A stretch of 64,000 bases of DNA from Octopus sinensis (lineage: Eukaryota). Below the pieces are notes generated by a model. That model made no database searches, had not been told where the DNA came from, and was given only the letters and a program-made list of their open reading frames with translations. The position numbers were made by a program, and so were the translations under genes. Shown piece by piece: positions 14,430-28,529 of the stretch. How positions within the stretch are numbered: position 1 is the first letter of the stretch; each line of letters begins with the position of its first letter. The DNA is taken from the NCBI RefSeq assembly GCF_006345805.1, contig NC_043001.1:76012001-76076000 (forward strand), written 5' to 3'.

Positions 14430-16140
14430 AAACTTGGCTCCATTAATTTGATTGTTTATGAGACAGAAACGATGTGTTTGTTTTGTGAACAATCAATCAG
14501 AAATGATGCAACGAAACCTTCGAAATTAAAACACCTTTATGAGAGGATACATTTAGTTTTAATCCATTCACAAAATATTTGGAGAACGTCCAACCTTAAT
14601 ATTATTTATCACACAGTCATCTTATGCTGATCTTACAATATCTTCTTTAATATAGGAAAAAGAATACTGCACATGATTGAAGAGGTTACTATCACATTAA
14701 TAAATCTATCTTTCTAGGTCGTCCCACAGGACGCCCCAAGACTGTTTCCACACGTTTTCCCCATTCACCTCGATCTTCTATAATGATCCTCAGCTCCTGT
14801 ACCTCTTCCATACCAGTAAAAGAAGTTATATAAACTGTTATGAGAAGTTACTCAAAACCTATCTCGGTGATTATCTCTCTGAATAATAACAGAGTACAGA
14901 ACTGTATTGATAACATACTAAAAGAAATTTAAACATGCTAAATTCCCAACTTGAATATTGTAACTCTTCCTCCTTCATCACAAATCAGCGGTTGGAAGTT
15001 TTAATATTTCCAGTACGCATATATAGTATAGTAACCTTTGTTTAAAAAAATGCACTGTTGATTAATCTCTCTGTCAAGTATTGTAAGGTAAACTCTAAGG
15101 TTTAAACAATTTTCTTGTTTTGTAGATTATATGCTATTTCTCTTAGTAATAATAATTTAGTTACATGTGATAGTTGCACTTGGTAGGTATCGGAGATTTT
15201 ACAGGTTTTTTAAAGAGAGAAAACAACTTTCTTTGTACGTACAGTGCACTTTGTGTTGTGTATACAGACAATATCTTGTGGTTTTAAACTCGTTTAGACA
15301 TTTCATGCTGCTGTAAATGTAAAAATATGTATCAAGTTTTTAGAGAAGACAAAAACAAATCCACTCAATTTTCGACTGTTTGCACACAGTTTCCTTTTTT
15401 TTCATACAGAAAAGATGGTTGAACTTTTGAAGTAAACTGTGGTTCCTTAATAAAGTGGATCAGTGATCCAAGAATAAACAGTGAACGTGTAATTTAACTA
15501 GATGAATTATTAATGAAATGCAACAATTGCAAAGGCAATATAATACAGGCTGAACCAGAAATCACAAAGTCTCACTACATATTGCAATCTGTGAGCATAA
15601 TTTGGTTACATCGATTATTAAACCAACTGCGTTTTTATACTTTGTCATTTTAGCCAACTATGTATAATTCAAACTCCAACTTACCTATGAAGTTTGGCTT
15701 ATATAAATCGTAATAATATCTCAGGAATTTTCAATGCTTCTCGAACTTGCTACGACTGAAACAAGAAGTAGTCGAATACATTTCAGTTAACGACATTCTT
15801 ATCTATATCAAGCCACCTTAAAATCTTAAAACAGAATTTTACTTTTCCTTCTGTGTATCTCGAAAATATATAACTTTTGACTGGATTATTTCTTTATTCA
15901 GTGATGAAATAGAAAATGCAGATATTTGGACTAACGTTGATCTTGAGGCAAATGTAAACAGTTTGGTAATTTCTAAAACAATGAAAACGCTGCAACCAAA
16001 TATCCGAAACAGAGTCGAATTTCAAAATTGCTATATTCTTAAACAAACTATAATTATAAAGAGACATTCTCAGGATGAGAAACAAACATAATATTGCTGA
16101 ACGTGGTCGCCTAAGAGTTATGCTTAGAAATTTTTATACT
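14430..16140 (+). mobile_element. Highly decayed hAT (Buster/Charlie-like) transposase fossil
   Basis: CLFCEQSIRNDATKPSKLKH (cf. CV.C...LSNESMKPSKLKRH), LLRLKQEVVEY, and C-terminal RNKHNIAERGRLRVML resembling the hAT dimerisation domain end; many stops. Confidence 0.65.
14716..14815 (-). mobile_element. Short RTE-like LINE 3' fragment within the hAT fossil
   Basis: Minus strand TGMEEVQELRIIIEDRGEWGKRVE resembles an RTE C-terminus. Confidence 0.4.
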
Positions 16141-16158
16141 AATATTTGTATAACTCTT

Positions 16159-16375
16159 GATAAGGCAGTGAGCTGGCAGAGTCGTTAGCATGCCGGGCAA
16201 AATTCCAAACAACATTCGTCCACCTTTACGTTCTGAGTTCAAATTCTATTGTTGTCGACTTTCACTATTATCTCTTTGGGATCGATAAAATAAGTACCAG
16301 TTGAGCACTGAGGTCGATGTAATCGACTTAATCCCCTTCCCCGTAATTGCTGGCTTTGTACCAAATTTTGAAATC
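16159..16375 (+). mobile_element. SINE family A with 18-bp TSD
   Basis: aatatttgta(ta/ct)actctt at 16141-16158 and 16376-16393. Confidence 0.85.
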
Positions 16376-16440
16376 AATATTTGTACTACTCTTTGGATCA
16401 TCCATTTCATTATAGACTGTAAACATCTTCGATTAAGATA

Positions 16441-17719
16441 CTGAGTCATCCCATAAATAATGCATTTTTTTTATACTTCTTTCATTTTTCAAAATTAAGA
16501 TAAACAAAGTTCTTTTCTAATCTAAAATATACTCTCTTTCATTTTCTACAATGCTCTTCCATCTATCTGGTAGACTTGCAAAGCCCCTCTCTCAAAATTC
16601 ACTTGCCCGTGACGAAAAATACTCCTCCAGCATTTTTGTGACCTCGTCTGCACGATTCGTATTTATTTTCCATCCAAATGATTTTGAAGACTGAAGAATA
16701 AACGATAATCAGGTGAGGCAATGTCCGGTGAATATGGTGGGTGGGGCATCGTCTCCCATTCAAACTGCTCCAGTCTTTGGAATGTCATCCTTGCTGTATG
16801 TGGCTGAGCATTATCCTAATGGAAGAACACCTTTCGTCTTGAAACCAAAGGTGGTTGTTTTGCTTCTAGCGCTGACTTAAGCCGCTCATGCTGCTTGCAG
16901 TAGATCTCTTTTGCTATCGTTTAGTCCGGGTTCAAAAGTTCAAAGTGGACTAAACCTTTCATATCCCCCAAACAGTAACAACAACTTACTTGGGTGAAGA
17001 TATTCTTTAGCTGGGGTGCCGGTTTCTCCTTTCGCTACCTACTGTCTTTGGCGCTTGAGATTTCTATAGAGAACCCATTTCTCGTCAGCAGTCACTATTC
17101 GGTTAAAAAAAAGTTCATTCGTGAGATATGACAACAAAGAAGAGCACACATTCACTCTCTTCGCGCGATTTGACTCGGAAAGTTTGTGAGGGACACATTG
17201 ATCCAATTTGCTGGCTTTTCCGGTGGTATGCAGGTGTCGATGAATGGTTGAATGACCCAATCCAAGCTCCTCTTCTAGTTCCTCAACAGTTACAATGGGA
17301 TTTTGTTCTACCAGGGTTTACAGGACATACTCGTCGAGCTCTACAGATCTTCCAGGACGAGGCACGCCTTCTAGGCTGTAGTTTCCGGCTCGGAATTTCT
17401 GGAATCACCGTTGACACTGGCTTACGTTTATTATTCGATCCCCATATACTACATTAATATTCCTCGCACTTTCCGTTGCGTTGTTGCCTTTATTGAACTC
17501 ATAAATGTGCCGAATATGTTCCTTTGCTATTTCCATTATAGCTTTGAAAAAATAACTGTTGAGATCGGACTGCACTCTTCAAAACTTGCACTAAGAATAA
17601 GCACAAGGTCAAATTACAACCTGCTTTTATAGCAAGTTGATGCAAGTAGTTTATCCCGTCCCGTTCCGACTTTTAGTTCATGCAACTGAAAAAACTGCAT
17701 TATTTATGGGATGACCCAA
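16441..17719 (-). mobile_element. Full-length mariner (DD34D), transposase pseudogene
   Basis: TIRs (c/t)tg(a/g)gtcatcccataaataatgc with TA at both ends. Transposase 17536 to 16517: MEIAKEHIRH.., CVPHKL, IVTADEKW, DNAQPH..YSPDIASPDY; in-frame stops. Confidence 0.95.
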
Positions 17720-20700
17720 TATATTATTTTATTATGTTACATTTAAAAATTACTTCATAAAGTAATTTATCAGATCTTTTGTTTTCGCTCAATGATTCTT
17801 GAAACCTATTTTTTTACTAGTCAGTACGCTCTATCTAGTAAAGTCTTATTGTTTATAGATAAAGAATTGATAAATTAGCTTACCCAGCAATAGTTTATTC
17901 TACAGCATTCAGCCTGTATTCATATATCATCACACCAGAAATTCGAAAAATAAGATACCTCAATATTTTCGCGAATAGTCGAGAGATTAAATGCATCTGG
18001 CAACCCATGAGTTCAGTGGAGTAAACTTAAAAGATTTTTGCAATGTTCGCATTCAGGAAATCAGTCTTATAAATTTTTTAGCAGCGATGAAGTACTATCT
18101 ACCGAAGTTTCGTATAATAAACATTTCTAGGTCATGTTTTGGGGATACTTTTTACATCGTTATCAATATGGTTCGTTATTTTTATTATTGTTTGTTTTTT
18201 TTTTGACACTGTTTTCTTTGACACAGATCTTCTGATTTCTGACAATAAATAATGTCAGTATTTGAAGTGTTCACATATCTTACTTTATCGATGATAACAA
18301 TAGCATTGCGAATATAATGAACTTCTGAGTGTACAAAGTCACATTGTCTCTCTTTTGAATACATTCCACAAAACTCCGAGTCTTACTGAGTGTGTGATTA
18401 TGGCTTGATGAAGTCTCTGTAAGTCTGTGATGAGGTCGACAGATTGAAAAGTCTGGGAATCCTTATGTTAGAATAATGACAAGCCAGAAATATTAGTAAG
18501 TCACTTAATATAGAATAACACTATCAAGCGGTGTAATGTTGTTTGTGCTGCGAAAGGCAAAGCCTATTAGCAGCAGAAGTGATGAAAGACAAATCTAATA
18601 ATAATATTCGAAACATTACAACGGAAATATATGATTTTTTTCTTTCTTTTTGACATAAATCAGAACAAGTCTACTAGAGGTAATTTGAGCAAAATTTAAC
18701 GATCTTAAATATGTTTCTCTGTTCTTCAGACTTTTGATGTTTTTCAAAGTGTGAGGTTACAACCTATTCGTGGATTTAGATGAGAAATTTCGGGATCCTA
18801 GCATGCCTGTTCGCTTTTGTCAGACATTAATAGCTCTGTGAAAAAGAAATTCAATAGTGAAATGAGTAGCAAGCAAAATTTTGTGAATTCTTCTCTTCAT
18901 AAGGGATTTGTCAACTATTCACTTTTAATTATTTTGAAGCTTTCACACCCATTTTCTCTGGACATTCCAATAAAGTAGGTTTCGTATAAACTGTTACAAG
19001 ATGTCTCATTCGATAAGTAGCCATAAAACGACCGGTTAAAGATATATATAAACTGATTAAGTTATTAGAAAGTTTCTTACTTGAAAAAAAGGCAAACAAA
19101 ATAGCCGATGTGTTACATTTTAGGAAATCAAACTATTAGATTTCCACATTATACCTACTGTAACAGGTGTTATCTATTATTCAGAGAAATACGGGATCAA
19201 CTAATATTTTGTTTCAGATAAGAACTTTCAAGACTAGAACACTGCACCAAAACATGATACTGAAGCGGGAGATATTTAAAGTTTTAAAAATTTGTAAGAC
19301 ATTGTAGGATTTTACATTAGAGGAAACTATTTATTTACTAATAATGTCGACCGACCATTCCTTAGTGACGTTTGCCAAATAATTCACCGTTTAAATATGT
19401 ATCATTTTTGGATAAATATCATCAAATGCAAATATAATTTAGTACCAATTATCTACTTATTTATAGAGGACATAAAATGGACCGAATATATTTTTAAAAT
19501 AAACTTTAGGTTTTGTTTCTGTGCTATATAGTTGAATATTAAATTTTCATAGAAAGAATTACAAGTCACTAGTGGTAAATAGAGAGTAGTTTCATACAGA
19601 ATAAGCTTCAGCGGAGTTCAAAATCTGAAAGACAACTGATCATGTGTAGTAAATCTTCAGAGCTGTCTTATCGCTCTCGATTTAGTTGGAATTGCTGTAA
19701 AGCTCATGTTGAAAACTACTCAAAATAACCATGAATTTTGGATGGGAAAATTCTACAAGCTGTTACTGGAAATAATAGCTACAAATGATAAATTTTATCG
19801 TGAGGGATATAAATATATTGATATAAATCGAATTTCTATTTGGCTTGCAGGATTCTTGATATGAAATCTTGTGTTGAAATAGATTTTGTTATATATTGGG
19901 AAGTTCATTATGCCAATAAAATACACGCAATGCGTATGTGTTTATTATTGGTATAAAAACCTTCCCGAGATACAGCAAAATATAAATAGAACTTTTGACA
20001 TTATCCAAGCTTGAGGTTTTAGGAAAAACTTATCAGAAATATGATATTTCTCAATTTAGAATTGAATCCAGATATTTGACTCTCGTGGATGCAGATATAG
20101 TTGTGTGGTTAAGAAATTTACTACGTAATTGAGAGTTCAGTCTCAGTGAGCAACCATAGTTGTAGGTTGTTCAAATGTTTGCTAGTGAATTTAATAGAGG
20201 GAAGCTGTATGGAATCCCATCAGGGAAGTTTTGGGGAGTAAGACTTAATCTTGGAGTCAGACTTAATCTGTTGTTTGTTTTTATACTACCAATTGATCCT
20301 TGGGTGTAATTCAAGGAGCCCATTCTGTTGCAAACTTTTGAGTCAGGTTTCTGATCTAAGGATAATTTTACTCTTACTAGACTCTCGAAGACCTTGAAAA
20401 AGTCATGGACGCTGCTTTCCTATTCTCATTGGTCATTGAAAAAAATTAATAATAACAAAACTTGACAATTGTAGAATACCACTGTCCTGGTTCAGTGAAG
20501 GTACTCCAGGAATTTTCCATAGCTATGGTACTTAAGACATGTTTTACAAGGAAGTGAGAATAAACCAGTTTTTCTGACGTATTAGATCAATATGTTGATC
20601 AGACACGATGATCAAATAATGTCGAGCGAAAGAGAGAATAATGGTTTTTTATTCGATTAATCTTGTTTCTGTAATAGCTGAGCTCATTAACTAAAAGTTG

Positions 20701-21164
20701 AAATCTGAGGAAACTTCCTTTGTGCTCCTTAAGAGTTAGATATGTTTTGCTCTTAGCAACTCATTGCAATTTAATACCTAAATTCAATTTCTGAACATTT
20801 TCGGTCTCAATACTTATATGCATATTCACTAGCCTTCCAATAATTGTTAGTAATGGTGTCTTTAATTATTGATTATTAGTGTAATGCTAATTCTGAACGG
20901 TTTTGGTGTTCTAAGCACTGACATGAAGAATTTTAAGAAAAGTCATTATTGCTATCATTTCTGCTGAGATGAGGAGCAAAGAAAATCCACAGCCACAATT
21001 AGACTAAAATCTGAGAGACTAAGGACCGAAATGCATTCAAATTCCACAAAAGATCGCCGATGCAGTACTCCACACACGATTCAATGGTAGGAAAACGCTT
21101 TTCCTAAAATGAAGCGGCCAGTGATATCAAAGGGTAGTACATGTCTCTCACATACGCAGAATTC

Positions 21165-21200
<36 letters not shown>

Positions 21201-21405
21201 TTAATATCTAAGAAAAATAACTCAAAGAGGCCAACAATATTGAAAATGATAATGAAGTGAAAGGTGATGTACTGAATTTCATACACAGTAAGCCCTTGTT
21301 TCAATTATCAAAATACATCATTTAGATATTTCCCCTAGGTGTTCATTTTTTGTTATTTTTAATTATACAAAATTACACTTGGTTAAAAATTTTATCTATT
21401 GATAG

Positions 21406-21494
<89 letters not shown>

Positions 21495-22727
21495 CGGGGT
21501 TGTTCATTAAAGATATACTCTGACCCACTTCCGACTATTGCAGGGAACGGAACTTGTACTGTTATAATCATAGATGTCTCCACATATCACATTGTAAATG
21601 GCAGCGTTCCACTAGTATTCGTTTATTTTTTACGGCTGATGAAGTGGACTAAGGTGTTATAATGGGGGCAGTTGAATACAAATCAGTGACCAGGTTCTTA
21701 TATTTGAAAGGTCGTACACCAAAAGAGACATTTTATGGAATGAAAGAAGTTTAAGGTGACGATGCACCATCATACGACGTAGTCAAGCATCGTCAGCTCA
21801 AAAGTGGTCGGACATCGGTGGAAAATGCTCCTGTTCCTGGACTATCACATTCTGCAATTGATGGCGACACTATCCATAAAGTGGAAGCCGCTATTTTGTA
21901 GGATCACGGCATAACTATTCGGCAACTAGCCGAAGAAGTGAATATATGTGTAGGGTCCGTGGAAAAAAAAAATCATTCACGACCATTTGCGCATGCGGAA
22001 GTTATCTGCACGATGGATTCCTCGGATGCTCACACCTTTTCAGAAGCAGGTACGAGTCAATTGCCCTCAGTCTCTTCTGGCAACGTGTCAAGGAAACGAA
22101 GAGGACGTTTTCGGCAGACTTATTACACAAAATAAAACATGAGTCCATCACTATGATCCTGAGACTAAAGTCCAGTCGAAGCAATGGAACCATGATAACT
22201 CACCACCTCCAAAGAACGCTCGTGTCCAACTCTCAGCAGGCAAGGTGATGCTGACAGTTTTGGGATCAGCGCGGATTAGCGATGTATTTTCTGGCAAAAG
22301 GCACCACAATTAATAGCATGCTTCTCTGCTGTAGAAATTGCGGGACGCCATCAAAACAGAGAGGCGTAGCATGCCAACCAGAGGAGTCTGCTTCCTCCAA
22401 TACAACGCCCCAGTTCACAATGTGCATGTTGCCTGATGAAAGCACACTCACGTGACTATGAAATCCTTCCTCATCCCCCTTACTCTCCCGACCTCGCACC
22501 ATCTGACTTCCGCCTCTTTCCAACCATGAAGTCTTTTTTTTAAGGAGAAGCACTTTTCGGATGATGATGAACTTATTTCTGAGGTAGTCTTAGCTCCAAA
22601 CGCAACATACCGACTTCTACAGCGGCGGTCTTCACAGGTGCATAAAGTGATGGGAGAAGTCTGTCACCATCGTTTATCCTAGTCCTTGGGAAGTGAGTTA
22701 GGGAAAATCTTTAATGAACGCCCTTCG
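21495..22727 (+). mobile_element. Full-length mariner (irritans/Hsmar2-like TIR), pseudogene, inserted in (GATA)n
   Basis: TIRs cggggttgttcattaaagat and cgaagggcgttcattaaagat (rc), TA flanks. Transposase from 21662 with ARWIPRML and PYSPDLAPSDF. Subfamily call rests on recalled TIR style only. Confidence 0.9.
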
Positions 22728-22815
22728 TATATAGATAGATAGACAGACAGCAGACAGACAGACATGCAGACAGACAGACAGACATGCAGACATGCAGACA
22801 GACAGACAGACAGAC

Positions 22816-22922
<107 letters not shown>

Positions 22923-23149
22923 ATTACTGATCTGCAAATTCGATTGGGCTGTACTCTGCCAACGAGGTCAAATAAACCGAAACCAATGCCCATAGTTTTC
23001 TCTGCCAGTAAACAAATATCAAGGCTATCATTTCTTTAGTTCTGCAAATTAGCTTGAAAAATTTATTCACGATGTTTTTGAAATTATATTCCATTTGCTT
23101 TGAGAGTCTGTAACAATTGTCACCGCGAGTGCAATTTTTGGTTGTCGCT

Positions 23150-23470
23150 ATAAGAATGTCTAGTGTTAGGGTCAATGGTGTTCAGTTGAAAGATTTAACG
23201 TAGGTGTTTGACTACAGCAAGGGTGCCTATTGTCACCTCCTCTTTTCATAAATTTTATGAGCTGGGTTGACACGCATAATGTTGTGGAAGTAGTGTCACA
23301 ATCGGTGGTTGTAGGACCGGTCGGCTGATATTTATAGATTGTGACATGGTGTTACTTGACTCATAAGAAGGTAGCTGCCAGCATGCACTAAATTGGTTAC
23401 GAAAGACAATTGATCTCTCAAGAAAATCTTCCCAGTGTGTTCTGCACGTTAGTGGAACATCACTAAAACA
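23150..23470 (+). mobile_element. Decayed RTE-clade RT fragment
   Basis: SSVRVNG..LQQGCLLSPPLFI..VTIGGCRTGRLIF..QHALN..RKSSQCVLHVSGTSL. Confidence 0.7.
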
Positions 23471-23693
23471 TACTCATATATATCCAACACAATAAAAGCT
23501 TGATTCTTGACTTCTTTAAATGATAGCTAAATATTCTATACTATCGACTGGGGAAGAAGATTGGGTATGTTAACTTGGGGGAGTGGTAACAGATCGTGAA
23601 ACAATACATCAAGAGACCTCTTTTCTAGCGCAACAAAAGCATATAAGCGATGTATTTACGTTCTTATAACCTGTTATCACAACTAAGCCTCTC

Positions 23694-24145
23694 TAACTAA
23701 CTAACTATCCACTCAGTCGACTCTCGGTTACTCGATGGATCAGTGTCCTCCAGCCAGTTCTATCCTGAGTCGCTTCTTTCAGATTGGCCATGGCCATTCC
23801 CGTGTCACTCTTGATGGTGTCAAGCCAGCGGGTTCTTGGTCGGCCTTTTCCTCTCTTGCTACTGACCATTCCGAGCATGATGTCCTTCTCCAGGGACCAA
23901 AATATGCCAATCTATGCTTGTTGGTCCTAGCTTCTAGCGACAGTTTCGGCTTGATCTGCTTAAGAACTTCTCCATTGGTGAACCTCGCTGTCCATGGAAT
24001 CCGTAAAAGTCTTCTCCAACACCAAAGCTCGAATGCATTAATTCACTTCTGGTCAGCTTTCTTTAGCGTCCAGGTCTCGCATCCATATGTTGCTATTGGG
24101 AAGACGATCGCATTCACCAACTCTGCATTTGGTAGCGAGGCTGAT
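23694..24145 (-). mobile_element. BovB-like RTE LINE 3' end with (TAGT)n tail
   Basis: LVNAIVFPIATYGCETWTLKKAD..FELWCWRRLLRIPWTARFTN..GRPRTRWLD..SRLSG-stop. Confidence 0.9.
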
Positions 24146-24679
24146 GGTAGATATAAAATATACGCGCCCGGAAACGTGCCTATATGTATGTGTGTATGTG
24201 TTGGTTTTATCTTTTGGAATAAAGTTTCGAATTATAAAAGCGAGACGTAATAAAAATGCGAAACGTTCCTAAATGACTGGTACATATTTTTATCGACGTT
24301 GGTAAACAAAAAGCAAAATGGCTTTAAAATTGGATTTGCTCGAAGTGCTTAGAAGGAAGCAAGCAAATATTGTAGGACAGTCATTTAGCCACCGTTTCTT
24401 CCACTGAAACGCCTAAAATAGATTAATAATCCTAACGTTTGATAGACAGATTGAAAGATGAAGCCAAGCAATCAGTGGAGGAAACAAAGATGAAAGTTCA
24501 AATAGTGCTTGTTATGGCTATAACAGATGATAACAAAACAAGCATGTTTTTGTTTTCGCTTCATTACCGAGTTAGGTTTATCTGGTGCTTCTAACGAGCG
24601 ACTGAGAATTACTCTAAATATTTTAATGGTTACAACAAAATTCAACAGACAGTAACGCCATATTGAAATGAAATAAAAT

Positions 24680-24949
24680 AAAATAATGAAGGCAACGATG
24701 ACGATAACAATGAAGATAATGATGATGGCAGTGATGATGATGATGATGATGATGATGATGACGACGACGACGATGGTGATGATGATGATGATGATGACAA
24801 TGAAGATGATGATAGTGATGATGATGGTGGTGATTGTGGTGATTGTTGTGGTGGTGGTGGTGATGGAGGTGGTGATGGAGGTAGTGATGATGATAATGAT
24901 AACAGCGATGATGATGGTAGTGGTTTGCTGCTGGTGGTGGTTGATGATT

Positions 24950-24981
<32 letters not shown>

Positions 24982-25030
24982 AAGAATGATGGTGCTGCTG
25001 CCAGTGGTAATGATTACTTGGTAATGATTA
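24680..25030. repeat. Compound (GAT/GGT/GAC)n trinucleotide repeat
   Basis: Direct reading; explains poly-M and poly-I ORFs. Confidence 0.9.
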
Positions 25031-25315
25031 GTCACAACGACATGAACAGCAACAAAAATATTGCTTGTGTAGAGAATGAATTTGAACTCAATACGTAATG
25101 AGTCGGAAGAAATACAGCTGACGCTTTAATGGTTCTGCCAGCTAACTACTTTGATAAAAATAATTCTTAATAATCTCGACACAAGGCGAGCAGTTTTGAG
25201 GGGAGGGGGAAGTCGATTACATCGGCCCTAGTATTTGAATGCTAATTTATTTTGTCGACCCTGGATGGACGAAAGATATTCGCTTCCACGAGATTTGAAC
25301 TCAATAATAATAATG

Positions 25316-25364
<49 letters not shown>

Positions 25365-25500
25365 GGGTGGAGCACTTGCAGGAAACAGCACTGCTTGGAA
25401 TTGCTCGAATACTCCGGATTGCGCGCGAAAAATAAGGGGTGTTGCCTTAGTTCAACTGGTAGTAAACAACTGACATCATAGTACATCTCCACCGTTTGAG
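25365..25500 (+). mobile_element. R4/Dong-type LINE extreme 3' end between (TAA)n arrays
   Basis: RVEHLQETALLGIARILRIAREK-stop, homologous to the C-terminus at 8900-8967; (TAA)n on both sides. Confidence 0.75.
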
Positions 25501-25560
<60 letters not shown>

Positions 25561-25581
25561 TAATAATAATAATAATAATAA

Positions 25582-25760
25582 TCCTGTTTACTAAAGGAAC
25601 AAGGCCTGAAATTGCGGGGAGAGGACTAGTCGATTACATCGACCCCAGTGTTTCACTGATACTTAATTTATCGACTCCGGAAGGATGAAAGGCAAAGTCG
25701 ACCCCCAGTGTATTTGAACTCAGAACGTAAAGACGGACCAAATTCCGCTAAGCATTAAGG
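25582..25760 (-). mobile_element. SINE family A, 5'-truncated
   Basis: Reverse complement of the A core and tail. Confidence 0.75.
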
Positions 25761-26740
25761 ACGGCATAAGAAAAAAAACATTGTGTGCGCGCGCGCGTGT
25801 GTGTGTATTACTGTGCGTGTGTATTATTGTGTGGATTTTGCGTGCAAATAGTTGTAAAAAAAAAAGATACTAATAACATTTTAACAATGTGTCTTCTGCA
25901 ATTTGGAGATGTTCAGGGGCTGCTCATGGAAAAGGCGTGTAAAAATGATGGGTGCCCTGGCCTCTGGGGTAGATATGCCTCTTCTCAGCTCCTTATCTCC
26001 TATTTATTTGCATATGCTCAGAGCAGGCCCGTTCACTCGCACCATGCTTACCACTCTCATACACCTCTCAACAAAATTACTGGAAGGCAACAATTATTAC
26101 AACCATTATTACTGGAAGGCAACCATTATTACAAAATGAAGGACTGGAAGGATCGACTGGCTTTCTGGCTTTCTGGTTAACTCTGTGCTGTGAGAGACAC
26201 CTCAGTGGTAATTGTTGAGATAGTGTTTTAAGTTGTTTATTTTTATTCATCAATACTCGAGGTGATCATGGCATTTGAGTATCATCAACCTTTCTTCATG
26301 TCCTCCGGGCTTTGGACAAATAGGGCCTGCTTTTATTGCTGGCTCAGTTGCTACATGACGTTGCCTTACATGTTTATTTGCAATTCATCTTCTATGCATA
26401 AAGGCGTCACTCGGGTGAGTACCTGGACGTTATGCACTGCATCATTTTTGCGATAAAGTTGCGCCCGAGATGAAGCTGCCTAGTTCAATGCTAAGAGTTA
26501 CTTACATATGTTTGAAACCAGTGAAAGAGTAAAATAAATTAATCAATGACAAAGAAGAAAAAAGAATGAAATAAAATACATAAAGAGAAACAAAGTTAAA
26601 AGAATGCTTCGTTCTTTACTATGAAGCAAAACAGGAACAATGTCTGGAATCTATTGTTCTGGAATTCGAGTAAAGATAAACTTAACGAAGTATAACACAA
26701 AACAAACAAAATGGTAATGGAAAAAAATTGAATAGATGTG

Positions 26741-26809
<69 letters not shown>

Positions 26810-27576
26810 CAACAAAAGAATACGTAGCGGGGTTACATAAGGCGTGGTTCGTTACATTCAAAGAAAGATATTCTAGCATTTAACATTTTCGGAAATAAAA
26901 GTGATTTCCTTCTTCCTTTCTTGATGAACATGTTACACCATTATATATGAATATTATACAAGTATGTGTGGGTGGGGTACACCGACATACCAAATACACA
27001 CCCACACACATACAAAGTTTTGTGTGCTTGTGTGTGTGTATGTGCGCGTGTTTGTGTGTGTTAATGATGAGAGAAGAATAATAGTTACGTGATCACTGTC
27101 ACTAGCTCACATCTGTTTCTGCTGTAAGAAGTATTACACTCAGAGCTGAGTATTAGTACGACATGCTACAGCTGCATCGGAGTCACTTGAAAACATACTT
27201 TTTATAACAGAAACAGCTTTAAGCTAATGACAGTCCTTATGTAACTGTCCTTTTCTCATTCATTTACTGTCTGTACTGAACTGACTCTAGAGCCTTAAGT
27301 GTATTGAGTTCTAACAAATCGTTATTTGCATCGCTAGAGATTTTATCATAACTAATGACGTTCTATAATCAACTGCTAAATTAAAAAGAAAAATTTGAAG
27401 ATATATCAGTCTCCGTATTTTTGTAATTATTTTGTATATATTTTATGCGCTCGTGTGTGTGTGTGTATGTATATGTACATATTTACATATATGCATATAT
27501 GTATATATACATATATATCTAGGTATATATAAACATATATATATATAGTCATATCTATACATATATACATACACTT

Positions 27577-27611
<35 letters not shown>

Positions 27612-27689
27612 TATTTACATATATACATATACATACACGCGCACACAAGTCATACATATCCATTCATTTTCATTCTCCACCCACTTACT

Positions 27690-28500
27690 TGGAGAGTCGT
27701 TGAGAGTCCTCATGCCCGTTACCTATAAAATCCTGTCAGAAGAAATTGTTTGTACATTTTGCGGCTGGATTCCCAAGCGTCACCCACTGAGACTATGGAT
27801 ATTATCCAACCATCTCGTTCTAGTTTTACTCTTAGATCTCCTGCGGCTTGCTTCGTTTTCAAAAATCCGTCTTGCGATTCTTTCCCGCAACATTCTAGTC
27901 CCATGCTCATAATACTAGGGTTGTGGCCTCTCAATATAGAAAAGTAGGGATTCAACCCGGAGCGGCTCATTGATCTCCGAGCTATGCACCTTGTCAAGTA
28001 ACTTTACTCCAGATATCCTTCGGAGAAACCCCACAGCTGCTTGTATCCGCGATCGTACCCTTTCGGTTATTACGCAACTTTCATGAGCATAGGTGAGGAT
28101 AGGTGCGAAAACCAAATTTTTTCAACAACCTCCCATCTTCTGAGGATCGAATACTGGAGCGGATACATTTCTGTCCCAACATCTGCTATTATAGTATCCA
28201 GCTCAGTCTCGAGCTTCTCATCTCTCATAAATACGAGTCCACGATACTTCTTCACTTGCTCTAGTGATGTTCCACTAATAAGCCGAGTGCACTGGAAAGA
28301 CTTTCTTGAGAGAACCAATGTTCCAGTCTTCGTAACACTAATTCTCATCCCTACCTAGCAGCACTCGACAGCGAACCTATTCAGTGCATACAGAATCGCC
28401 TTCTGATGAACCAAATAGCAACGTTTCGCCTGCAAATATCAGCCAAGCGATCTATGCCCATCAGTTTTGATACCACTTCCACAACAGCTGCGCTTGTCAA
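27690..28500 (-). mobile_element. RTE-clade LINE fragment (RT and C-terminal region)
   Basis: YALNRFAVEC..MRISVTKT..PILTYAHESCVITERVRSRIQAA.GFLRRISG; same family as 23150-23470. Confidence 0.8.
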
Positions 28501-28529
28501 TCGAATTAGTAAAAAAAAATCATAGATAG

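Noticed and set aside
24140-24185. agg-CUGAUGG...GAAACGUG-ccu
   Set aside because: A9 and H17 are wrong, stem II is poor, and the 5' arm belongs to the adjacent RTE fragment
23150-28500. Apparent 5-kb inversion splitting one RTE (inverted 18-bp match at 23381 and 28375)
   Set aside because: The plus and minus fragments overlap by more than 200 bp of consensus and are clearly diverged, so they are two independent copies
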